A stretch of DNA of 32,000 nucleotides from Trichlorobacter lovleyi SZ (GTDB lineage Bacteria > Desulfobacterota > Desulfuromonadia > Geobacterales > Pseudopelobacteraceae): positions 1,410,001 through 1,442,000 of the forward strand of contig NC_010814.1 of assembly GCF_000020385.1 (NCBI RefSeq), given 5' to 3'. A program made the position numbers and the translations under genes. The notes under the pieces are model-generated. The model worked only from the letters and a program-made list of their open reading frames with translations. It searched no databases and was not told the DNA's origin. Below are positions 25,257-32,000 of this stretch, piece by piece. How positions within the stretch are numbered: position 1 is the stretch's first letter; each line of letters begins with the position of its first letter.

Positions 25257-26033
25257 ATGGATCGGGATAAGGGAGCATATTCAGCACAGGTGGTTGTTAA
25301 GGCAATAGACTTGCTGGAGGCCCTTGCATCCAATGAACGGGCAACGACAGTGCCGCAGCTGGCCAAGGTTTTGAAGATGCACCGTAAGAAGGTGCTGGCT
25401 TTGCTGGATACCCTGGAGGAAAAGGGGTTGGTAGACCGGGATGAACAGTTGGGGACCTATAGCCTGGGGCTGCATTCATTCAGCATGGCCCAGCGTATCC
25501 TGAAAAATGCAAATATGATCAGGATTGTACATCCGGTGATGGAATCTCTGGCCCGTAAGCACGAGGCTGCAGTCTGTTTTACCGTGCTTGACCGTGATGA
25601 GGTGTTCTTTCTGGATGTGGTTGATTCGTTTCAACAGGTTAAGGCCACTGAGATGGTGGGACGCCGCTTTCCGTTTTTTACCAATGCCGCCGGCAAGGTG
25701 ATCAAATCGCTCAGTTCCCTTGATCTCTTGGAGCGGATTAACGGGAGGCGCAGAAAGAACCCGGCGGTACCCAACCCGGAGCTGCTGCAGCAGGAACTGG
25801 ATGAAATCCGCAAAAAAGGTGTTGCCATTGACGTGGGCGGTTTTGGTGAAGGTGTCTGTGCCGTGGCTGTAGCTATTCGTGATTATGGCGGCAAGGTGGT
25901 TGGTGCTTTGACCATGCTGGTGCCAGCCATCCGGATGGTGCATGAACGACTTGAGCAGGAGGTGATCCCTTCAATGCTGGAGGGGGCTGAACTGCTTTCC
26001 ATGAAATTCGGGTATGTCAAGATGCCCGCCTGA
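25257..26033 (+). CDS. IclR-family transcriptional regulator
   Basis: The track ORF starts at TTG 25233. The ATG at 25257 has GGAGA 5 nt upstream. It has an N-terminal winged HTH (VVKAIDLLEALASNERATTVPQLAKVLKMHRKKVLALLDTLEEKGLV) and a C-terminal IclR effector domain pattern. Confidence 0.88.
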   Translation: MDRDKGAYSAQVVVKAIDLLEALASNERATTVPQLAKVLKMHRKKVLALLDTLEEKGLVDRDEQLGTYSLGLHSFSMAQRILKNANMIRIVHPVMESLARKHEAAVCFTVLDRDEVFFLDVVDSFQQVKATEMVGRRFPFFTNAAGKVIKSLSSLDLLERINGRRRKNPAVPNPELLQQELDEIRKKGVAIDVGGFGEGVCAVAVAIRDYGGKVVGALTMLVPAIRMVHERLEQEVIPSMLEGAELLSMKFGYVKMPA

Positions 26034-26137
26034 TGTTGCAATAAATAAACTGGATTCGAAAGGGGGAATGCGGAAAACGGTCGTTTTGGTATGAGGTCTG
26101 TATATCTAAGACTTATTTAGAGAAAGGAGTAACAATC

Positions 26138-26446
26138 ATGGCGGAACAAACGTACAACTGGTCAGCGATAGCTAAAAATCCCAAGTTTATCGAACTGCAC
26201 CACAAGAAAACAGCCTTCCTTTTCGGCTGGTGGATCTTCTCAACGATCTACTACTTCCTGCTTCCTATCGGAGCGGCCTATGCACCGGGTCTGTTCAAGA
26301 TCCAGATCCTGGGCAGAATCAACTTTGGTTACCTGTTCGCGTTGTCGCAGTTTTTTGTGTCCTGGGGTCTGGCGATGTATTATGCCCATGTTGCCAACAA
26401 GGACTTTGACCGCTTGACCAAAGAGTTGGTCAACGAACTTCATTAG
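26138..26446 (+). CDS. yjcH: DUF485 inner-membrane protein (YjcH-like), copy 1
   Basis: 102-aa ORF with an AAGGAG RBS. It has two TM helices and lies immediately upstream of actP, as in the E. coli acs-yjcH-actP arrangement. Confidence 0.88.
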   Translation: MAEQTYNWSAIAKNPKFIELHHKKTAFLFGWWIFSTIYYFLLPIGAAYAPGLFKIQILGRINFGYLFALSQFFVSWGLAMYYAHVANKDFDRLTKELVNELH

Positions 26447-26457
26447 GAGGTGAACCC

Positions 26458-28455
26458 ATGAAGAGACTGTTAGTTGCTATCGGTTGTGTACTCTCCCTGA
26501 GCTTCGCCGCCTATGCCGAGCCTGCCAAGGCTCCGGCCGCTCCTGAGGCCAAGCCTGCGGTTGCCGCTCCTGCTGCTGCTCCGGCAGCTACTGTAGCCCC
26601 GGCTGCAGATGCTGCCAAGCAAGCTGCAGCTCCGGCGCCAGCTCCTGTAAAAGATGCCAAGGCTGGTCTGAAGGCCAACCCGGTTGTGACCATTCCGATC
26701 TTCCTGTTGATCATCGGCGCAACCATGGCGGTTGTGGTCTGGTCAGCCAAGAAGACCAAGTCGGCTGCCGACTTCTACACCGCCGGTGGTGGTATCACCG
26801 GTACCCAGAACGGTTGGGCGATTGCCGGTGACTATATGTCGGCTGCCTCATTCCTGGGTATTTCCGGCATGATCTCCCTGTACGGCTATGACGGCTTCAT
26901 GTACTCGGTGGGCTGGCTGGTTGCCTACATCACCGTGCTCTTGATCGTTGCCGAGCCTTGCCGTAACGCCGGTAAGTACACCCTGGGTGACATCCTTTCC
27001 TTCCGTACGTCACCCAAGCCGGTCCGTGCCGTTGCTGCCATCTCCACTGTGTCGGTTTCCACCTTCTACCTGACCGCTCAGATGGTTGGTGCCGGTAAAC
27101 TGATGCAGCTGCTGCTGGGGGTACCGTACAAGACCGCTATCATCGGCGTTGGTATTCTGATGGTTGGCTACGTTGTGTTCGGTGGTATGACCGCCACCAC
27201 CTGGGTTCAGATCATCAAGGCCGGCCTGCTGATGACCGGTGCTGCCCTGCTGTCGATCATGGTTTCGATCAAGTCCGGTTTTAACCCGTTCCAGTTCTTC
27301 AGTGACATCGCCACCAGTCAGAATATCATTGACCATGTCAAGCTGCTGCCGATCTACCTGAAAGAGGTCAAGGCCGGCACGGCAACCATGGATGCCGGCC
27401 AACGCTTCCTTGAGCCCGGTCTGTTCCTGACCAATCCGCTGGACCAGATCTCCCTGGGTATGGCGCTGGTGCTGGGTACTGCCGGTATGCCGCACATCCT
27501 GATGCGTTTCTTCACGGTCCCGACTGCACAGGCTGCCCGTAAATCGGTTATCGTGGCGATGTTCATCATCGGTTCTTTCTACATCCTGACCACCCTGCTG
27601 GGCTTTGGTGCTGCCATTCACGTAACTCCACAGGGCATCAAGTCTGTTGACGCAGGCGGCAACATGGCTGCCATGATGCTGGCAAAGCAGCTCGGCTCCG
27701 AGTTCTCGCCGTTCATCGGTGACCTGTTGCTGGCCTTCCTCTGTGCCGTTGCCTTTGCAACCATCCTGGCTGTTGTATCCGGTCTGGTTCTGGCAGCCTC
27801 CGCTGCCATCGCCCACGACATCTATGTGAACGTGATCAAGGACGGCCACGCCGACCAGTCCGAGCAGGTCTTTGCAGCCCGTACCACCTCCTTCATCGTT
27901 GGTGCTGTTGGTATCATCATCGGTATTGCTGCCGAGAAGCAGAACGTTGCCCACCTGGTGGCCCTGGCCTTTGCCGTTGCCTCCTCCGGTAACCTGCCGG
28001 TTGTGGTGATGTCCCTGTTCTGGAAGAAGTTCAACACCGCCGGTGTTATTGCCGGTCTGGTGGTTGGTACCGTCGCCTCCATTGGTCTGGTAATGATCTC
28101 CCCCAACATGACCTATCCCGAGGTCGTTGCCAACAACGCTAAGTTGGCCTACAGCAAACTGGAGAAAGAGATCGCAGACGGCAAGGTCAAACCTGAGGCA
28201 ATGGAGAAGACCCTCAAGACCATCGAGACCAAGAAGGCTGAAGAGGCTAAAAACCGTGGCGGCAAGTCCATGCTGGGCCTTGAGAAGCCGCTGTTCACTC
28301 TGAAGAACCCCGGTATCGTTTCTATCCCGCTGGGCTTCATCGCTGCCATCCTGGCAACCCTGGCTTTCCCGAGCAAGAAGGCAGAGGAGATGTGGGACGA
28401 GATCTATGTCCGGCAGAATACCGGTCTGGGTATGGCAAAGGCTGTCGATCACTAA
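26458..28455 (+). CDS. actP: Cation/acetate symporter ActP (solute:sodium symporter family), copy 1
   Basis: 665-aa ORF. ActP motifs are DFYTAGGGITGTQNGWAIAGDYMSAASFLGISG, GGMTATTWVQIIKA, GTAGMPHILMRFFTV and AFATILAVVSGL. It has an N-terminal signal-like peptide and an Ala/Pro-rich linker. Confidence 0.93.
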   Translation: MKRLLVAIGCVLSLSFAAYAEPAKAPAAPEAKPAVAAPAAAPAATVAPAADAAKQAAAPAPAPVKDAKAGLKANPVVTIPIFLLIIGATMAVVVWSAKKTKSAADFYTAGGGITGTQNGWAIAGDYMSAASFLGISGMISLYGYDGFMYSVGWLVAYITVLLIVAEPCRNAGKYTLGDILSFRTSPKPVRAVAAISTVSVSTFYLTAQMVGAGKLMQLLLGVPYKTAIIGVGILMVGYVVFGGMTATTWVQIIKAGLLMTGAALLSIMVSIKSGFNPFQFFSDIATSQNIIDHVKLLPIYLKEVKAGTATMDAGQRFLEPGLFLTNPLDQISLGMALVLGTAGMPHILMRFFTVPTAQAARKSVIVAMFIIGSFYILTTLLGFGAAIHVTPQGIKSVDAGGNMAAMMLAKQLGSEFSPFIGDLLLAFLCAVAFATILAVVSGLVLAASAAIAHDIYVNVIKDGHADQSEQVFAARTTSFIVGAVGIIIGIAAEKQNVAHLVALAFAVASSGNLPVVVMSLFWKKFNTAGVIAGLVVGTVASIGLVMISPNMTYPEVVANNAKLAYSKLEKEIADGKVKPEAMEKTLKTIETKKAEEAKNRGGKSMLGLEKPLFTLKNPGIVSIPLGFIAAILATLAFPSKKAEEMWDEIYVRQNTGLGMAKAVDH

Positions 28456-28490
28456 TACTGCATCGTAGCACATATTATACAATGCAATCA

Positions 28491-28516
28491 GGGAGGCTTC
28501 GGCCTCCCTTTTTTTT
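28491..28516 (+). terminator. Intrinsic terminator after actP copy 1
   Basis: GGGAGGC (28491-28497), TTCG loop, GCCTCCC (28502-28508), then T8. Confidence 0.85.
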
Positions 28517-28654
28517 GTCTGGATTATGAGGGGGGCAGGTGTGCAGAATTTGGTCGGTGATGGAAGGCTGTAAAATGATTACGGCTTTTTAGAACATAGG
28601 TATATATAGCTGTTTTTGTGAAAATAAAAAAATAATTTAAAACTTAAATAGGTG

Positions 28655-28678
28655 TATAATATGCTGATATCATGATAT
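28655..28678 (+). promoter_or_regulatory. Consensus TATAAT followed by the perfect 12-bp palindrome ATATCATGATAT (candidate promoter plus operator for cassette 2)
   Basis: TATAAT is at 28655-28660, inside a very AT-rich tract with no good -35. The palindrome is at 28667-28678, about where the transcript would start. Confidence 0.3.
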
Positions 28679-28713
28679 TTATTTGCAATAGTCTTGCTTT
28701 TAATAAAATAATA

Positions 28714-28731
28714 TTGACTATTTTAAAACAT
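28714..28731 (+). promoter_or_regulatory. TTGACTATTTTAAAACAT element upstream of yjcH/actP copy 2
   Basis: It matches the element at 25166-25183 at 16 of 18 positions. A possible -10, TAATCA, lies after a 17-nt spacer. Confidence 0.3.
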
Positions 28732-28940
28732 CGTACTAATCATATGAAAACAGACGATGATTCTGTTGTTTCATTTCTGCTTTCGGTCTTTCTGAGTCTG
28801 ATGTAATGACTTGTTATTTTTATGTTATGCCGGATATTTTGATTTGATTGCGATCACTCGCTACATGAAAGGAGGAGTTCAGTAGTATCTTGGCAGTCCG
28901 TAGTTTCCAATTCCCACACTTTTGGAAAGGAGTAACAATC

Positions 28941-29249
28941 ATGGCGGAACAAACGTACAACTGGTCAGCGATAGCTAAAAATCCCAAGTTTATCGAACTG
29001 CACCACAAGAAAACAGCCTTCCTTTTCGGCTGGTGGATCTTCTCAACGATCTACTACTTCCTGCTTCCTATCGGAGCGGCCTATGCACCGGGTCTGTTCA
29101 AGATCCAGATCCTGGGCAGAATCAACTTTGGTTACCTGTTCGCGTTGTCGCAGTTTTTTGTGTCCTGGGGTCTGGCGATGTATTATGCCCATGTTGCCAA
29201 CAAGGACTTTGACCGCTTGACCAAAGAGTTGGTCAACGAACTTCATTAG
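28941..29249 (+). CDS. yjcH: DUF485 inner-membrane protein (YjcH-like), copy 2
   Basis: The track ORF starts at TTG 28890. The ATG at 28941 with the same AAGGAG RBS gives a 102-aa protein identical to copy 1. Confidence 0.88.
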   Translation: MAEQTYNWSAIAKNPKFIELHHKKTAFLFGWWIFSTIYYFLLPIGAAYAPGLFKIQILGRINFGYLFALSQFFVSWGLAMYYAHVANKDFDRLTKELVNELH

Positions 29250-29260
29250 GAGGTGAACCC

Positions 29261-31246
29261 ATGAAGAGACTGTTAGTTGCTATCGGTTGCGTACTCTCCC
29301 TGAGCTTCGCCGCCTATGCCGAGCCTGCCAAGGCTCCGGCCGCTCCTGAGGCCAAGCCTGCGGTTGCCGCTCCGGCAGCTACTGTTGCGCTCGCTGCAGA
29401 TGCTGCCAAGGTTGCCGCTCCTGCTCCGGCAAAACCGGCTGAAGAGAAAAAGGCAAGCCTGAAGGCCAACCCCAAAGTTACGATTCCGATCTTCCTGGCT
29501 ATTATCGGCGCAACCATGGCGGTTGTGGTCTGGTCAGCCAAGCAGACCAAGTCGGCTGCCGACTTCTACACCGCCGGTGGTGGTATCACCGGTACCCAGA
29601 ACGGTTGGGCGATTGCCGGTGACTACATGTCGGCTGCCTCATTCCTGGGTATTTCCGGCATGATCTCCCTGTACGGCTATGACGGCTTCATGTACTCGGT
29701 GGGCTGGCTGGTTGCCTACATCACCGTGCTCTTGATCGTTGCCGAGCCTTGCCGTAACGCCGGTAAGTACACCCTGGGTGACATCCTTTCCTTCCGTACG
29801 TCACCCAAGCCGGTCCGTGCCGTTGCTGCCATCTCCACTGTGTCGGTTTCCACCTTCTACCTGACCGCTCAGATGGTTGGTGCCGGTAAACTGATGCAGC
29901 TGCTGCTGGGGGTACCGTACAAGACCGCTATCATCGGCGTTGGTATTCTGATGGTTGGCTACGTTGTGTTCGGTGGTATGACCGCCACCACCTGGGTTCA
30001 GATCATCAAGGCCGGCCTGCTGATGACCGGTGCTGCCCTGCTGTCGATTCTTGTCTCCATTAAATCCGGTTTCAGCCCGCTGCAGTTCTTTACCGATATC
30101 GCCACCAATCAGAACATCATTGACCATGTCAAGCTGCTGCCGATCTATCTGAAGGAATCTGCTGCCGGTACAGCCACGGCTGATGCCGGCCAACGCTTCC
30201 TTGAGCCCGGTCTGTTCCTGACCAATCCGCTGGACCAGATCTCTCTGGGTATGGCGCTGGTGCTGGGTACTGCCGGTATGCCGCACATCCTGATGCGTTT
30301 CTTCACGGTCCCGACTGCACAGGCTGCCCGTAAATCGGTTATCGTGGCGATGTTCATCATCGGTTCTTTCTACATCCTGACCACCCTGCTGGGCTTTGGT
30401 GCTGCTATCCATCTCTCCCCGCAGGGCATCAAGCAGGTTGACGCAGGCGGCAACATGGCTGCCATGATGCTGGCAAAGCAGATGGGTGGCGAGTTCTCCC
30501 CGTTCCTGGGTGACCTGTTGCTGGCCTTCCTCTGTGCCGTTGCCTTTGCAACCATCCTGGCTGTTGTATCCGGTCTGGTTCTGGCAGCCTCCGCTGCCAT
30601 CGCCCACGACATCTATGTGAACGTGATCAAGGACGGCCACGCTGACCAGAAGGAGCAGGTCTTTGCAGCCCGTGCCACTTCCTTTATCGTTGGCGCTTGC
30701 GGTATCGTAATCGGTATTGCTGCCGAGAAACAGAACGTTGCCCACCTGGTGGCCCTGGCCTTTGCCGTTGCCTCCTCCGGTAACCTGCCGGTTGTGGTGA
30801 TGTCCCTGTTCTGGAAGAAGTTCAACACCGCCGGTGTTATTGCCGGTCTGGTGGTTGGTACCATCGCCTCTGTTGGTCTGGTTATGGTTTCACCCAACAT
30901 GACCTATCCCGAGGTCGTTGCTAAAAATGCCAAGGCAGCCTACACCAAGCTTGAGAAAGAGATTGCAGACGGCAAGGTCAAGCCTGAAGCAATGGAGAAG
31001 ACCCTCAAGACCATCGAGGCCAAGAAGGCAGAAGAGGCCAAAAACCTCGGCGGCAAGTCCATGCTGGGCCTGTCCAAGCCGCTCTTTACCCTCAAGAACC
31101 CCGGTATCCTCTCTATCCCGCTGGGCTTCATCGCTGCCATCCTGGCAACCTTGATGTTCCCCTGCAAAAAGGCAGAGGAGATGTGGGACGAGATCTATGT
31201 GCGCCAGAACACCGGCATCGGCATGGCCAAGGCCATCGACCACTAA
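29261..31246 (+). CDS. actP: Cation/acetate symporter ActP, copy 2
   Basis: 661-aa ORF with the same motifs as copy 1. It differs mainly in the Ala/Pro linker (4 aa shorter), a few loops and the K/E-rich C-terminal insertion. Confidence 0.93.
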   Translation: MKRLLVAIGCVLSLSFAAYAEPAKAPAAPEAKPAVAAPAATVALAADAAKVAAPAPAKPAEEKKASLKANPKVTIPIFLAIIGATMAVVVWSAKQTKSAADFYTAGGGITGTQNGWAIAGDYMSAASFLGISGMISLYGYDGFMYSVGWLVAYITVLLIVAEPCRNAGKYTLGDILSFRTSPKPVRAVAAISTVSVSTFYLTAQMVGAGKLMQLLLGVPYKTAIIGVGILMVGYVVFGGMTATTWVQIIKAGLLMTGAALLSILVSIKSGFSPLQFFTDIATNQNIIDHVKLLPIYLKESAAGTATADAGQRFLEPGLFLTNPLDQISLGMALVLGTAGMPHILMRFFTVPTAQAARKSVIVAMFIIGSFYILTTLLGFGAAIHLSPQGIKQVDAGGNMAAMMLAKQMGGEFSPFLGDLLLAFLCAVAFATILAVVSGLVLAASAAIAHDIYVNVIKDGHADQKEQVFAARATSFIVGACGIVIGIAAEKQNVAHLVALAFAVASSGNLPVVVMSLFWKKFNTAGVIAGLVVGTIASVGLVMVSPNMTYPEVVAKNAKAAYTKLEKEIADGKVKPEAMEKTLKTIEAKKAEEAKNLGGKSMLGLSKPLFTLKNPGILSIPLGFIAAILATLMFPCKKAEEMWDEIYVRQNTGIGMAKAIDH

Positions 31247-31284
31247 GTCGTCATCTTTGCATTCCTTTGAATTGTGGTATAGTT

Positions 31285-31312
31285 GGGGAGGCTTCGGCCT
31301 CCCCATTTTTTT
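31285..31312 (+). terminator. Intrinsic terminator after actP copy 2
   Basis: GGGGAGGC (31285-31292), TTCG loop, GCCTCCCC (31297-31304), then ATTTTTTT. Confidence 0.85.
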
Positions 31313-31326
31313 AATCAGAGGGTTCC

Positions 31327-32000
31327 GTGGAAACTGTTCTGCATGATGATATGAGCAATCTGCTTGATCTGCTGCCGCCGCTTACGCAGTTGACCCGCTA
31401 TTGTACGGTTGGCGAAATCACTGAAGTACTGCATCAGCTCAAAGCGGATCTGGTTACTGTCAGGCGTAAGTTTGAGGTCTGGGATGCTCAGTCTGCCCTG
31501 CAACAGGGGCTGATCGGGACTGCCGGCGCTGATACGTTGAAGCAGTTGCATGATGAGCTAAACCGGATTGAACTTGAGCGCTTTATTGCAGCCGGATCGG
31601 TCAGTAATTTGCACCGTTCCTGTACCCGCTATCGTGACCTGCTTGCTGAACGGGCGCTGCAGATTGTCACCGAAGAGATGGCTGCTGCAGGGTATGGTGC
31701 GCCGCCGGTTTCCTACGCCCTGGTCAGCATGGGGAGCGACGGCCGGGAAGAACAGACCCTGATTACGGATCAGGACTATCTGATCGTCTACGATGACGGG
31801 GGAGAAGAGGCTGCAGATGCCTGGTTTGTGGAGTTTGGCAACCGGCTGGTTGATTGTCTTGAAATCGCCGGGTTCAAGCGCTGCACCGGCGATATTATGA
31901 CCAGCAATCCTACCTGGCGAGGGTCGTATAAGCAGTGGCGCAAACGGTTGTTTGCCATTGTGCGCTACGAAGTGGAAGATTTTGCCAAAAACATGATGGA
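31327..32000 (+). CDS. DUF294-type nucleotidyltransferase lacking CBS domains; the 3' end runs off the right edge
   Basis: It is absent from the ORF track because there is no in-window stop. The frame opens after TAA at 31312-31314. The start is GTG 31327 (GAGGG 4 nt upstream) or ATG 31351. My translation reads ...RSCTRYRDLLAERALQIVTEEMAAAGYGAPPVSYALVSMGSDGREEQTLITDQDYLIVYDD...IAGFKRCTGDIMTSNPTWRGSYKQW. It carries the same NTase motif as the 23477-24934 protein. Confidence 0.75.
   Translation, partial: METVLHDDMSNLLDLLPPLTQLTRYCTVGEITEVLHQLKADLVTVRRKFEVWDAQSALQQGLIGTAGADTLKQLHDELNRIELERFIAAGSVSNLHRSCTRYRDLLAERALQIVTEEMAAAGYGAPPVSYALVSMGSDGREEQTLITDQDYLIVYDDGGEEAADAWFVEFGNRLVDCLEIAGFKRCTGDIMTSNPTWRGSYKQWRKRLFAIVRYEVEDFAKNMM

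Larger units (their letters stand above)
26122..28516 (+). repeat. Tandem duplication unit 1 (RBS, yjcH, actP, terminator hairpin)
   Basis: 26122-26486 is identical base-for-base to 28925-29289 in my reading. Long identical blocks continue through actP, and the terminator stem-loop GGGAGGCTTCGGCCTCCC is shared. Confidence 0.9.
28925..31312 (+). repeat. Tandem duplication unit 2 (RBS, yjcH, actP, terminator hairpin)
   Basis: See unit 1. The offset is 2803 nt at the 5' end and 2791 nt after a 12-nt indel in the Ala/Pro-rich linker. Confidence 0.9.

Noticed and set aside
26086-26102. Sigma-54-like sequences: TTGGTATGAGGTCTGTA upstream of yjcH-1, and TGGCAGTCCGTAGTTT (28891-28906) upstream of yjcH-2.
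   Set aside because: The -24 GG is present, but the -12 element does not match (CTGT and AGTT instead of TTGC at the required spacing). The match is too weak to call, even though a sigma-54 activator is encoded in the window.
27010-28482. Very long antisense ORFs inside both actP copies (490 aa at 27010-28482; 314 aa at 29801-30745), plus similar ones opposite gltA (5435-6148), the RND permease and the SPFH gene.
   Set aside because: They lie exactly opposite well-supported genes with strong family motifs. Their translations are low-complexity (G/D/H/Q/T-rich), with no recognisable domains and no RBS. This is the expected by-product of codon bias that keeps the antisense frame free of stops.
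28744-28806. 20-aa upstream ORF (MKTDDDSVVSFLLSVFLSLM) and a 6-codon mini-ORF (28865-28885) in the cassette 2 leader.
   Set aside because: The first has no Shine-Dalgarno, neither shows a family signal, and such short ORFs arise easily in AT-rich DNA. They would only be worth revisiting if Ribo-seq shows occupancy.
28890-28940. A TTG-initiated 17-aa N-terminal extension of yjcH copy 2 (track ORF 28890-29249), preceded by AAGGAGGAG at 28869-28877.
   Set aside because: The spacing from that SD to the TTG is about 12 nt. Copy 1 has no equivalent extension. Both copies share the AAGGAG-N7-ATG start, which gives identical 102-aa proteins.
1-32000. I looked for mobile elements, CRISPR arrays, tRNA/rRNA genes, toxin-antitoxin pairs and known riboswitch cores (for example GEMM-type).
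   Set aside because: I noticed no transposase, integrase or recombinase-like ORFs, no regularly spaced direct repeats, no cloverleaf-like segments and no conserved riboswitch core sequences by eye. A covariance-model scan (Infernal/Rfam, tRNAscan) is needed for certainty.

Overview
The window is gene-dense and looks like core chromosome. By eye I found no rRNA, tRNA, CRISPR array, transposase, integrase or phage genes. Three things point to a Geobacter-like member of the Desulfuromonadales/Geobacterales: the 440-aa mitochondrial-type citrate synthase, an NtrY/NtrX-like sigma-54 pair, and duplicated YjcH/ActP acetate-permease cassettes. Moderate GC is consistent with this.

Gene order, left to right:
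- DUF327 (partial)
- ntrY-ntrX followed by a ScpB/YgfG-like crotonase
- gltA
- M24 aminopeptidase
- short PrmA-like methyltransferase
- SPFH-GYF protein plus a double-zinc-ribbon membrane protein
- CarH-type MerR/B12 regulator, divergent from an SRPBCC / small ORF / phasin-like / ABC1(UbiB) kinase operon
- acyl-CoA synthetase
- nhaA
- RND efflux triad
- an acetate-uptake locus: CBS-DUF294 nucleotidyltransferase, IclR regulator, two tandem yjcH-actP cassettes, and a second DUF294 gene that runs off the right edge

Best candidates for follow-up:
1. The DUF294-flanked, mosaic-duplicated acetate permease locus and its repeated promoter motifs.
2. A recurring C(A/T)GTATACAAAAA motif that links the gltA upstream region to a promoter in the acetate locus.
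3. A B12-photoreceptor-type regulator next to a phasin/ABC1-kinase operon in what is probably an anaerobe.
4. An SPFH-GYF / zinc-ribbon two-gene module.

All family assignments come from reading motifs and from recalled homologues. No searches were run.
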